DNA of 26,805 nt from a virus (Duplodnaviria; Caudoviricetes), in IMG/VR virus record IMGVR_UViG_3300048881_000663, positions 1 to 26,805 of that record; one strand, given 5' to 3'. Under the pieces are notes generated by a model. The model saw only the letters and a list, made by a program, of their open reading frames with translations. It did not search any database and was not told where the DNA came from. The position numbers were made by a program, and so were the translations under genes. Positions 8,403-18,600 of the stretch are shown piece after piece (the stretch's first letter is position 1; each line of letters starts with the position of its first letter).

Positions 8403-8430
8403 AATTTAATCGAAAAAATGCTGTTGTTCA
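8403..8430 (-). promoter_or_regulatory. Putative promoter for the mini-PolA (TGAACA-N16-TAAATT)
   Basis: Matches the recurring motif; the -10 ends 5 nt before the ATG. Confidence 0.5.
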
Positions 8431-11400
8431 ACCATCTGATAGCGCAGTAAGCGCAGTCTTTACGCTACCGAACATACTGATGTATTTACCAAACGCATCA
8501 ACTTGTGTCATTTTCAGCTTGGTCTCGAACTTTCCTTGAGACAACGAGTGGTCGATCCCTGTAACTACGAACACATTATCGATAGTCGTCCCTGTACCAA
8601 AATCAACAAAAAATTGTTGGCCATAAGAGATTAAAGGACATCCGTATGTTGTTAAAGAAAGTGAAACTGGTGTTGTTTGGAGTGGAAGACCAGAGTCTCT
8701 TGACCCTTGAGGGCCATCACCACCCGACCCACCCGCTCTGAGCATATTAACAGAGGCTAGCTTGGGATTATTCATTGATGAGAGGTCTGCTTTCAGAACT
8801 GCGGAGTTAGAACTTCCATAAATAATCGAAGGCATACTCTTCATCATATAATCTTTCAATGCTGGAAATCCACCCTTCACGCGGAATTGCGCTTCTGCAA
8901 AATCACTGACGTCTACCCCCTCGTCGCTGTCATAATCATCTGCGATTGTTGAGGGGACAACCTCAAGTAAGCCCGCATCAATCGCTGCCATTATTCCGTG
9001 GACAAACTCATCTTGATGAGTAACATCCCAACCCTCATCAGACCCAGCATTTGACTCAACTTCTCCCGGGACTCCGCCGGCGGCTGACGACAAGAGACCA
9101 ATAGAGTCGCTTCGAGCCGAGCCCAGCATCTTCATCAGCGATGTGTATGGGGTACATATAGTGTCATATACATGAATACGCAAAATCGTTCCGTTTTTCC
9201 CCTTGGGGTGCGAGCCTAATTTGCATGGCACGGCCTGCATCTCAGTTGTAATTCTCGGCATCTTAAATTCTATATCAGCATCTTCGCCATAAGCGTCTTC
9301 GAGGCGCAGCTTTTTTTCGTCATTTAATTTTGTCGCATCTTCTTTAAACTCTTCCTTCATTTCTGTTTTACCCTCGTCATCAGTCTCGAAAAGGTCGGTG
9401 AGTCCGTAGACATAGGATGCTTGATTATGGATAAATTCTTTCGACACAAAGCTCATAAAGCGGCCCAGCGGCATATTCACTGTTGTTTTTGTAGCTTCCT
9501 CAAACAACTTATTGAAATCCTCGAGCCGAATTGGAATATCTGCAACTGTCAAGTTTGATAAATAGCTGGCTTTATCATTGATCGGATAAAAGAGAAATTG
9601 AATTTCGTCAAATCTTCGAGACGCTGCAAGGGGTTTACCAACCATGTACATCAACATTGCCCCGAAAGACACAAATTTCCCGTCATTATATCTTGCATTA
9701 ACGTATTGAGTGCTCCCGTTCGCGCCGCGTACGGTCCGTGCAAAGGGATCCTTCAAATTGTTTCGTAAGCTTTTAAGATGGTTTAATTTTCCAGCAACAG
9801 CGTCAGCGATTGTCGCTTGAGCTTCCGCGACCACACCACCCGTCCCATCACTTCCGAACATATCCTCAAGCGTGGAGGCAAGCTCGGACTCATCACCATT
9901 TGATGAATTTCTTTTTTCTGAAATAAAGGCTTTTATTGCTGAAGCTGTTTCTTCATCCACAGTTAGGGCTTTGCTCGTGTCTGATGCCGCTGACATGAAG
10001 GATTGTCCAAACATATCTTTTGCAGCGTCTGTAGAACCCGTTGCTTCTGCGTCTTCCATAATCTGTTCTTTGATAACTGCAATGGCTTCTTGAAGGTCTT
10101 TCAACGTTTGCATAATATCATCAATGCCCTCGCCCTGACTAAGAGTCGAGGTATCGACATTACCAGATCCTTTCATGGCTAGCTTAAGCTTAATCTTTAC
10201 TTGCCCAACCTCATCAAAAGAAAACGAGCTATTAACGACCATGTATTTTTTAGTGACCTTATTCAAGTCCAAAAATGCTCCAAAAAAGTTTCCTTGCACA
10301 TTCCCTGTTGTGGGGTCAGTCATTCCTGATGGGTCAGGATGAGACCAGCCATATGTTATCATTAATTCCGTTGTTCCATAGAGATCAGGCTTAACAAACT
10401 CTGATATCTCCGACATTCTGGAGCGATCGTGCATAATGATGGACAGCTCAGCTGTTTCATGAGACATAAAGCCCTTTGTTGGAGTTACTGTCACAGAAAA
10501 ATCTTCGATTGTCATCATGGGCCGGAATGGATCGATTATACCCGCACCCCGACGGCCGCCCATAGAATCCTCAGCGTCTGTACCTTCGGTCCCTGCTGTA
10601 TTTGATGAGTAAGCTTCATAGTCTTCATAACGCTCCATCCTCGCATGAGCGCCGTAACCGATAACTGGAACTAACGTCTGTGGTGCTGTAAACATTTCCA
10701 TACCAGCTGTGGCAATCCCTGCTTCTTCGTCTTCCTCAGATGCTGAATTATTTGGGTCATTTTCGCCCAGCGTCGATTGAGCTTCTGCCGTTTGTTGAGC
10801 TTGTTCAAAGTCATAAAGCGCGGATGAATCAAGCGCTGTGGACAAGAAATAATCCGCGGTGTCTTCTGGCGGAATCGAGGAACCCAAAAGAAACTGCATC
10901 AATCCCATTGTTTGAATTCTGCCGTCATCGGCGATGCCCGACTTCGCAGAAATTACTGTTATATCAAGGTGCGGCTGACATCGAGAAATTTCCAGAGTAG
11001 GAAGCACGTTCATGAACATCGCGGCGGCGCCGGTGTCTCTCTTTGCGGGAGTTAATTGCGGATTAAGGATCTGTAATGCACACACATTTGGTGTGAATTT
11101 CGTGGGTGAAGCAAAAACTCCATTAATCTGGCCCTCGCCGTCTTCAGTGATTTTCAAAGTGTCTTTAACAGAATGCCTACTTACAACAAAGTCTGGCCAC
11201 TCATGACTTCCTACGCCCGATGGAAGCGCAACACTTTCAAATGCATCCGGTTCGCCAGTAAAACGATATAACAGTTTTGACATCTCCACCATGTCACTAA
11301 TTTCTGCAGAAGTGGCGCCATTCATTGCATCAACGAGACCCTGGTAACCACCCATCAGAGTTACCCCGCCCTCTGTTGTGTTGGTAAACGCTCGAATGAC

Positions 11401-11565
11401 TTTATTCATTTCTGGAGTGGGATCCAAATTGACGGTCCCAAAATCATCTATTGCTTCATCACCCCCGAATGCCAGGATCGCCATAAAGTCTTCTTTAGAA
11501 ACGATGGAAAAATATCTTCCCAGCTTGTCGACCAAGTCGGCCATTCTATCATCATAAATCGCCAT
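8428..11565 (-). CDS. Baseplate hub protein (gp27/GPD/VgrG-hub-like)
   Basis: Follows the LysM gene. ELMITYGWSHP, YMVVNSSFSFD..GQVKIKLKL and the C-terminal SLTTYGCPLISYGQQFFVDF...FVVTGIDHSLSQGKFETKLKM are typical of hub barrels. Confidence 0.7.
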   Translation of the reverse strand: MAIYDDRMADLVDKLGRYFSIVSKEDFMAILAFGGDEAIDDFGTVNLDPTPEMNKVIRAFTNTTEGGVTLMGGYQGLVDAMNGATSAEISDMVEMSKLLYRFTGEPDAFESVALPSGVGSHEWPDFVVSRHSVKDTLKITEDGEGQINGVFASPTKFTPNVCALQILNPQLTPAKRDTGAAAMFMNVLPTLEISRCQPHLDITVISAKSGIADDGRIQTMGLMQFLLGSSIPPEDTADYFLSTALDSSALYDFEQAQQTAEAQSTLGENDPNNSASEEDEEAGIATAGMEMFTAPQTLVPVIGYGAHARMERYEDYEAYSSNTAGTEGTDAEDSMGGRRGAGIIDPFRPMMTIEDFSVTVTPTKGFMSHETAELSIIMHDRSRMSEISEFVKPDLYGTTELMITYGWSHPDPSGMTDPTTGNVQGNFFGAFLDLNKVTKKYMVVNSSFSFDEVGQVKIKLKLAMKGSGNVDTSTLSQGEGIDDIMQTLKDLQEAIAVIKEQIMEDAEATGSTDAAKDMFGQSFMSAASDTSKALTVDEETASAIKAFISEKRNSSNGDESELASTLEDMFGSDGTGGVVAEAQATIADAVAGKLNHLKSLRNNLKDPFARTVRGANGSTQYVNARYNDGKFVSFGAMLMYMVGKPLAASRRFDEIQFLFYPINDKASYLSNLTVADIPIRLEDFNKLFEEATKTTVNMPLGRFMSFVSKEFIHNQASYVYGLTDLFETDDEGKTEMKEEFKEDATKLNDEKKLRLEDAYGEDADIEFKMPRITTEMQAVPCKLGSHPKGKNGTILRIHVYDTICTPYTSLMKMLGSARSDSIGLLSSAAGGVPGEVESNAGSDEGWDVTHQDEFVHGIMAAIDAGLLEVVPSTIADDYDSDEGVDVSDFAEAQFRVKGGFPALKDYMMKSMPSIIYGSSNSAVLKADLSSMNNPKLASVNMLRAGGSGGDGPQGSRDSGLPLQTTPVSLSLTTYGCPLISYGQQFFVDFGTGTTIDNVFVVTGIDHSLSQGKFETKLKMTQVDAFGKYISMFGSVKTALTALSDG

Positions 11566-11570
11566 GTGGA

Positions 11571-11867
11571 CTACCCTAACAAAGACATAATCTGTCCGAT
11601 GTCTGTTGGAATTTTAAGATAAATCCCGGGAGGGACCTGTAAACCCCACCCGATTCCACTAGCGCCAGCGATTACCCACCATAACGTTCCATCGCCATAA
11701 TATTCTCCAGCAATGATGTCTAGCCTTTCACTTTCGATCGTGATGTGCCCTTTCCAATCAATCCTACCGCTGGCAACAGCTGCAGCTACAATGTAACACG
11801 CATCGAATGTGCCATAGTATTTTCCGAGCCGTAGCTTGGGCGCTCTTTGATATCTGTTTATTGGCAT
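11571..11867 (-). CDS. LysM-domain baseplate protein (gp53 / tail protein X-like)
   Basis: ERLDIIAGEYYGDGTLWWVIA...VPPGIYLKIP; GGAGG SD. Confidence 0.85.
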   Translation of the reverse strand: MPINRYQRAPKLRLGKYYGTFDACYIVAAAVASGRIDWKGHITIESERLDIIAGEYYGDGTLWWVIAGASGIGWGLQVPPGIYLKIPTDIGQIMSLLG

Positions 11868-11882
11868 ACTGGCTCATCCTCC

Positions 11883-14800
11883 CTATGGGTCTGTATTGTC
11901 TCCACCACCACCGGCGTAACCCGAAGCAATAGAATCCTGGAAACCTTCCTGAGTTGCTTGATTCGCGTCGTCGTCGACAAAGGATCCACGGAAAGCGCTC
12001 ATCCTGCCACCTCCGACAGAGCGACCTGCCCCGGGACTATAGAAATCTTCCGCCAGTCCCGAGTTGATCTTCCCAACCGGATAATTGTAGGCTCTCATTG
12101 CACCATTATTATCAAGCCCTGGAATAATGTCATGTATCGGATTGAAGCTGATACTACATTTCACCATCTGAGGTGCTCTTCTACTGATTGCGCTCATGTC
12201 CCACATAGAATCCTTCCAGTCCATATCAAAGGAAGTGATCACTCCTGCTAGTCCGCGGCCGCCAGCAACCTCAAATGATCGCACGATCGCATTCTTCTCA
12301 GGTCGGAAGAAATTGTAAATGTCTGTAACCTGCTGTTCTAAAGTGAGCTCTGTTGGTTCTACCTCAGGCTCAGCAGGTTCGGGCCATATTGGATACATGT
12401 CATCTGACGTAACCACATAGGCATGTGTATGACCTTTCGCACTGACCGGCCCATACTGATCCGCTGCATCATCGACATCATCCCATGTAACGAGATACTC
12501 TGCGTATATACCACCTTCTCTCAATTCCTCATTTACATCGGTTTCTGAGTTGATCGGATCCGTCCCGGTACCAGCTGTACTCGGAAATTGGCCGTCTTCG
12601 TTAGAAACACGCCGGGCCAAAATACGCACTTTACCATCAGTCCATGCTCGTGAATTAAAGGGGGTATCCTCAATCCTGTCTCCAGACGTGGCTGTCGGGG
12701 GTGGAAACATGCTTAACCAATCCGCTTCGGCATAGTAGCCTCCGGTTGGGTTTGATTTAGCATCATCCATATCATAACATGTGTAACCCGAGCTGTTTGC
12801 CTTCAACATTGCGACACCGAGGCCGAGACCCGCTAGACTTCCTGGCAGATAACCAGCAGTGGTATCACCGAGGGTTGAGGGCTGCTCCTCAATATGGTCA
12901 AAAATATCATCAATTATGACGTTGTAATCTGCTTCAGCCTCCGCTTCTCCCATCTCTTGAGCTGCTTGGGCTTTTTCTGCATATGTCAAGTCGAATGGTG
13001 CGCCTTCCCACTTCGCGATATCTTCTTCGGTCTCCACAGTCGTTCCACCAGAGGGGGAATAAGCAGAAGCAGCTGGAATGGCTTCAGACATACCAAAAAG
13101 TCTTGCGAGATTAAATCGGCTGTAATTACTACGTATTACATCCCCCACCCGCAAACGGATAACAGGGGAAGCAGTGGGAATCTGGGAAAAGGGCATCACA
13201 AACTTTTTCGTGCCAGCTTTTACCGACTTACCCATAGAGAATTGTGGATAGCACATTGAAACGAGCTTGTTAATGCTCCACCACATTGAGTCAAAGTCTT
13301 CTTTCGAAGTTGCGACCATCACCCAGGATAATGAAATCGATCTCGCAGTATTCTGGTATATCTTGACGGGATCAATTCGACCGTAGCCAGCTGATTCAGC
13401 ATAACTCACAGAATACGAATCTTTTACATCTTCAATAAACGCCTGGAAAGCGATGACTTCATTTGTCCTCAGATCATGCATATAGAATGGGCAATACTCT
13501 GAATCTAATTCGTCTTCGACTTGGGTCACCCATTCTTGCGGAAGGCGATGACCCGCGTACTTTATGACTTTTCGACGGAAGGGTGGGGCACCTAATTTTC
13601 CGCTACTTGAAGCCTGCGGGCCTTTGGAGTTCCAATAAGCACCAGTATCATTTGTGCGATCACCAATAGCGATCATTTGGTCTTGTGCGTAATTGGGCTT
13701 GAAACCATATAGCCGATAGGCATTGACATACTTCTGGGGTAATAGAATCAGTGACGGCATCGCGCGGTGTCTCCACGCAAGCTTCGCGCTTCCACCCCGC
13801 GCCCTACTTTTTGACTGTCTGGTCTGGCCATTATTTTCCATCGCGTCGATACTTGGTACAACGGGGAAATTTGGGGTGATGGAATCCAGGTATCTATCGC
13901 CCATCACTGCGAGGGCGCAGAAAAAGCGCCATGAAGAATAGCTGTTCATGTGCATGAGTGTTTGATAAAGAACTGGTGGATCTGTAGGAGATAGGTCACT
14001 AAGAAATTGTTCTAAATCAATTCTGATCGCTCTCAGAATACTCGCGTAATATCCGGAACCCTTTTGGGCGTTCATAAACAGTGAAACAACGTCTCCACCT
14101 GTGCTTGCAAGAACAGCTGTCCACCAAGTAGCAATCCACACAGGACCTCCGGGACCAGAAGGTGGTGGAGGAGTACCCGCAACAGGTATCTTAAAGAACG
14201 CCAATATCCCGTAACAAATGCATCGCCACATGGGTTGGCTCGTCTGAGGTACACCCATGTGCTTGAATAGCTTTGCAGCACCAGTGGCAATCTTAAATTG
14301 TCCCTTCCTCATTTGCGCTGGATTGAGGGGAGTAGAAGAAGAACCTGCGACTGTATCGATCACTGTCATAATAGCAGCAAATACCGCACCCAACGCTAAT
14401 ATCTCTACAAACGCTGTGGCCGCGGTCATAAGTTGAGGTACAACAGCATGCTCAAATGGTTCAAAGGGTGAATTTAAACTACCTATGCTTTTACGAGGCA
14501 ACAATGGATTACCGTCGACATCGTTATATAGAAGCTCAGCATTCTCCAAAGTTGGTCGATCCGGAGCGCCGTATGCATTAAGAACTCTAGTTTTTTCCGT
14601 ATTTACTTTTTTCGCACCACGCTGAATCTGCGTTGAATTAAGAAGTTGCGCGGCGGTGATAGTTTCAGGATTTCCGGAGCCCATTCGATGTCCGGTGGAC
14701 CTGAGAAGCGTTGACATCGCCATCTTTCGTAGGGCAGCGATAGTTGTACGGTCGGCATTCTGGTCGTAAACACCAAACTGGCCTTGACTAATGGGGATTC

Positions 14801-15410
14801 CTGGTTCAGTGAACGCATTACCCTCAATATAGGGAGAGCTCGTGGGCATCGGGTCAAACCTGTTTAAGCGCCCTAATATCGTCCCTATCTTCTGTTGTGC
14901 AGGTGGAGCATCAGACGGAGTGGAAAACGCAGTTTTTCCTGCCGTGTTCCCAATACCGGGCTCATTTGCTTCTTGGCTCGAAACAAAGTCACGTAAAATA
15001 TTGTGGCCATCCTGCTGGTTATTCTTATCCAGAAAATCAGACAGCTTGGGAGTACCCGGGGGCATGTTCCATTTACGCGATTCGCTTAGGTTCTCAAATC
15101 TTCGGACTGCTGACTCCGAGCCCGTATCACCCTCTGGGAAAGTGTCTGTAAATCCTTCAGTCCCGTCATTTCCGCCGGTCGTGAACTCCGAAGGAAGTCC
15201 ATTCGCTTGTCGAAGAGAAAACTCATCTAGTGGATCGGCTGGAGAAATAGGGAAGGCGTTATGATTTTGCGGGTTTTCTGTTAAAGCACTCAGATATGCA
15301 GCAAGCGTTTCCTTCGCTTCTTGATAAAGATCATCCCCTATCTTGAATTGACCGTCTACACCTGTTCCTTCAGGGGTAAAGTCGCTGCGATTCGGTCCGT
15401 CAGTACTCAT
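11883..15410 (-). CDS. Large baseplate / tail-tube-initiator-like protein with N-terminal extension and internal insertion
   Basis: Tube-fold signature IAFQAFIEDVKDSYSVSY...YGRIDPVKIYQNTARSISLSW...CYPQ...SPVIRLRVGDVI and GVITSFDMDW...PQMVKCSISFNPIHD; lies between the tape measure and LysM genes. Confidence 0.65.
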   Translation of the reverse strand: MSTDGPNRSDFTPEGTGVDGQFKIGDDLYQEAKETLAAYLSALTENPQNHNAFPISPADPLDEFSLRQANGLPSEFTTGGNDGTEGFTDTFPEGDTGSESAVRRFENLSESRKWNMPPGTPKLSDFLDKNNQQDGHNILRDFVSSQEANEPGIGNTAGKTAFSTPSDAPPAQQKIGTILGRLNRFDPMPTSSPYIEGNAFTEPGIPISQGQFGVYDQNADRTTIAALRKMAMSTLLRSTGHRMGSGNPETITAAQLLNSTQIQRGAKKVNTEKTRVLNAYGAPDRPTLENAELLYNDVDGNPLLPRKSIGSLNSPFEPFEHAVVPQLMTAATAFVEILALGAVFAAIMTVIDTVAGSSSTPLNPAQMRKGQFKIATGAAKLFKHMGVPQTSQPMWRCICYGILAFFKIPVAGTPPPPSGPGGPVWIATWWTAVLASTGGDVVSLFMNAQKGSGYYASILRAIRIDLEQFLSDLSPTDPPVLYQTLMHMNSYSSWRFFCALAVMGDRYLDSITPNFPVVPSIDAMENNGQTRQSKSRARGGSAKLAWRHRAMPSLILLPQKYVNAYRLYGFKPNYAQDQMIAIGDRTNDTGAYWNSKGPQASSSGKLGAPPFRRKVIKYAGHRLPQEWVTQVEDELDSEYCPFYMHDLRTNEVIAFQAFIEDVKDSYSVSYAESAGYGRIDPVKIYQNTARSISLSWVMVATSKEDFDSMWWSINKLVSMCYPQFSMGKSVKAGTKKFVMPFSQIPTASPVIRLRVGDVIRSNYSRFNLARLFGMSEAIPAASAYSPSGGTTVETEEDIAKWEGAPFDLTYAEKAQAAQEMGEAEAEADYNVIIDDIFDHIEEQPSTLGDTTAGYLPGSLAGLGLGVAMLKANSSGYTCYDMDDAKSNPTGGYYAEADWLSMFPPPTATSGDRIEDTPFNSRAWTDGKVRILARRVSNEDGQFPSTAGTGTDPINSETDVNEELREGGIYAEYLVTWDDVDDAADQYGPVSAKGHTHAYVVTSDDMYPIWPEPAEPEVEPTELTLEQQVTDIYNFFRPEKNAIVRSFEVAGGRGLAGVITSFDMDWKDSMWDMSAISRRAPQMVKCSISFNPIHDIIPGLDNNGAMRAYNYPVGKINSGLAEDFYSPGAGRSVGGGRMSAFRGSFVDDDANQATQEGFQDSIASGYAGGGGDNTDP

Positions 15411-15637
15411 TAAGAATCATCTCCATGATCTCTAACTATTCTGTCCGTAAGTTCCCTCAAGAATTTCTCATCAGCTAATTTCTCATGGAGGTGAGTTAAT
15501 AATTCAGTAATTTCGTCTGAAAAGGGTGCGTAAACAATCGTTTTCATCTGTTCATTTAATTTTGCTCTTTCCTCGTCAGTAAGAGTTTCAAGCCTCTTCT
15601 CTTCAATCAGCGCGGTATCATTTTTTTTATCGCTCAT
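15410..15637 (-). CDS. Small hypothetical protein
   Basis: 75 aa; AGGAGG SD; TAATG coupling to the next gene. Confidence 0.75.
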   Translation of the reverse strand: MSDKKNDTALIEEKRLETLTDEERAKLNEQMKTIVYAPFSDEITELLTHLHEKLADEKFLRELTDRIVRDHGDDS

Positions 15638-15645
15638 GGGTCCTC

Positions 15646-18600
15646 CTACTCAGCTGCTGCAAGCGGCGTTGACATAACTGACTTATCTACAAGAACACGT
15701 CCAACCTTGTTAGCATCCATTGTCACACTCACGTTCAATGAAATAGTAATTGGCTCATTAGAGATGGTAAATTCTCCCCCTCCCGTTCCGATGGCAGAAG
15801 CGAAATTATCCAGAGCAACCTCTGCATTCACTTCACCAATAGAGTTCAACTGCTCTAGAGCAAATTTTGCCTCGCCCACAAGCTGAGCAACAGCCTCGCC
15901 AAGGGGCATTCCACCCTCACCCATTGTGGCAGTAGCCTCATTCATTGCAGTGGCGAAGCTGGTCAGGGACTCAACTGATGATTTCGCAATATTCAATTTT
16001 TCTAATAATGCCTCATCACCCTCAAAGCCACCCAGTGCCGTAAAGAGTACACCGAACCATGGCATCGCGGCTGTGATTGACATTACTGCAATCTGAATTG
16101 TGGAGGCTAGACCCAGCAAGCTGTCTGTCCCCATTTCCTGAAGTTGACCTACGACGTTCGCGAAATCACCGACAATCGACATAGCTTTGCCAATCACTTC
16201 TAACTTCTTTAGCTGGGTTTCAGGATCGCCTTTAATTGGTATCTCAAGGACTGATGCGACAAGTGGACCGATATGAGCCTTCACAGCATTCACAACCTTC
16301 CGAACAATCTCCATCATTTCATTCAGGCGCTCAGACATTGTCTTACCCTTCTTGAAGAAACTGCCACCCTCGGCAGGCATAAGCTCTGCAACTGTTCCAA
16401 TCGCTCCAGCAAAATCGGCCACTGCACCCATCGCGGCTCCGATGATTTCAATCTTTTGCTTAGCAGCTTCTGGATCATCACCGATATCGACGCTCATTAC
16501 AGCTCCCATAATCGCAGGAATATTATCTTTAATCGCGGTGAAGACATATTCAAATACTGGTTTCATTTCTTTGAGTGTGTCGGCCATGGAGGGCCCTTCA
16601 CTTGAGAAAATACCGGATTGTTCGCTCTGGTTTTGCTCCATAAACAGTCCAACAATTCCACCAATCGCCTCAACCACTTTCGCGATTCCGCCCAGTGCCG
16701 CACCGATAACCTCTGCTTTGGTTTTAGCTAGTTCAGGATCATCACCAACGTCAATTTTCATTATCTCTTCCAGCATGGGTGGAATGTTGTCTTTTACAGC
16801 CATCAAGATGGTCTTCATCATCTCGCCATACTGCTTAAGCAAATCAGACGCTCCCTTGGCATCGCCGCTGCTGAACAATCCTCCACTGGCAAGATCAGAA
16901 ATTCCCTCCATCAATCCGGGGGGCGGCTGAAGCGCTTGCATCAGCTTACCAATAGCTGCTAGGACACCACCAATTGCTTCCATCTTCTTGATGTCCTCTT
17001 CCTTCATGCTAGCCACCATTCTCTTTAAGGTGTTGAGCAGACCGGACATTCCATCAAACATGGCTGTCATAAACGATTCAGCGTCCTTGAGGATACTACT
17101 TTCATTTCCACTGGAGCTCCCGAACGCTTGTAGCAGCGCGAGCTTCGCAACGATATCCACGTTCTGGCCCAGCGCCGCCATGATCTGTGACAATGCACTC
17201 ACAATGGCTTCGAGACCAGCTGGATTCTTAATCTTCATGGTGGCCAGCGCTGCGATCGATGGACCCAAGTATTCTACAACAGCTTCTAAAAGAGAGCCGG
17301 CGGCCTGCATACCTTTCTTTGCGAGCCATGCTACAATCGGATTTGCAAAGATAATCATCACTAGAGAGACAACACCCATTAAGGCTGCGGCCACCATCAC
17401 TATGGCGAGCATCGCGGCTGCTTGTGCTCCCTTTTCTAGCGTTTTTAGATTTACCGCGTTTGCGAATTCTTCCAGCGCAGGATAGAATGTTGTAAGTGCG
17501 TTAAAGAAGGGAATCGCAGCGTAAGCACCGAGTGTACCAACAAGATAAGCTGCCACGCCATACGACATCACAAAGGCTGTGAGTGTAGCAAGAGCCATCA
17601 AGACAAGTAGCTCAGCCATGATCTGGACTGCTTTCGGCATATCTTTTGGAGCTGCTTTTTGCATATCATCAAGTGCTGGGAATGTGTGTTCCCCAAGTAC
17701 CTTAAAGAACAGGGTGGCTATAAGAGCGGCAACTGTTCCAATCGCAAAAGCCACAACACCGTATGCCGTGATCATAGCCGTTATGACTGCAGCACCCATG
17801 AGAAGAGCCAACTGAGCCATGTCACTTGCTGCACCCATCATGTCCTTCGGTGCAGCTTCTTTCATCTTCACGATTTGCGGCATCATTGCTTTTGCTAGAG
17901 CAAGGAAGAACAGCGCACCGACTAGCGCGCCGGCGATGCCTACAGCAAAATACGCGAGGCCATAACTTAAAATAGCAGCAACCAAAACTGAGGCGCCAGC
18001 TAGTAGCACAAGCGCAATCATAGATTTAGCCACTGATCCCATATCTAGACCAGATGCCACATCACTAAAGAGCGCGACTCCGATGATGAATGCAACGCCA
18101 CCAATCGCCAAGAATGCGCCACCCAGTGCCGCACCAAGAGTACCGACGATGAAGAAGGGAATACCGTAACTAAACGCGGCGGCTGCAAGAGCTGCTGCGA
18201 CGGCACCGATGGCCAGAACTATGAGGCCGACCGCAGCTGCACCGATTGTCGCAACACCAACAGTTTGAACAGCTTTTCCGATTTCTCCCATCGCCTCAGT
18301 AAACGCGACGCCACCGATTGCTAGCATATATGCGCCAGCAATCAATCCGATTGAAGCGAGAATAGCAAGGGGATAAAGCGCGCCCAAAATTGCGAAGGGA
18401 ACGATTGCTAGCGCGACCGCGACCGAACCAACTGCCAGAGCTGCTAGACCCACCGCAGCCATCATGATTGTTCCAACACCAACTGCGCCGACTGCCATAC
18501 CGATGACGCCCATGGCCATGGTGAATACCACACCGCCGACCGTCAATAGCAGCGCACCGGCGAGAAGCCCGATAAGGGCCGGTACGATCATCGCGGGCTG

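Noticed and set aside
12256-13135. Intein or intron as the explanation for the insertion in the 1175-aa protein
   Set aside because: No intein N-terminal block, terminal HN or LAGLIDADG motif is visible, and the frame is continuous.
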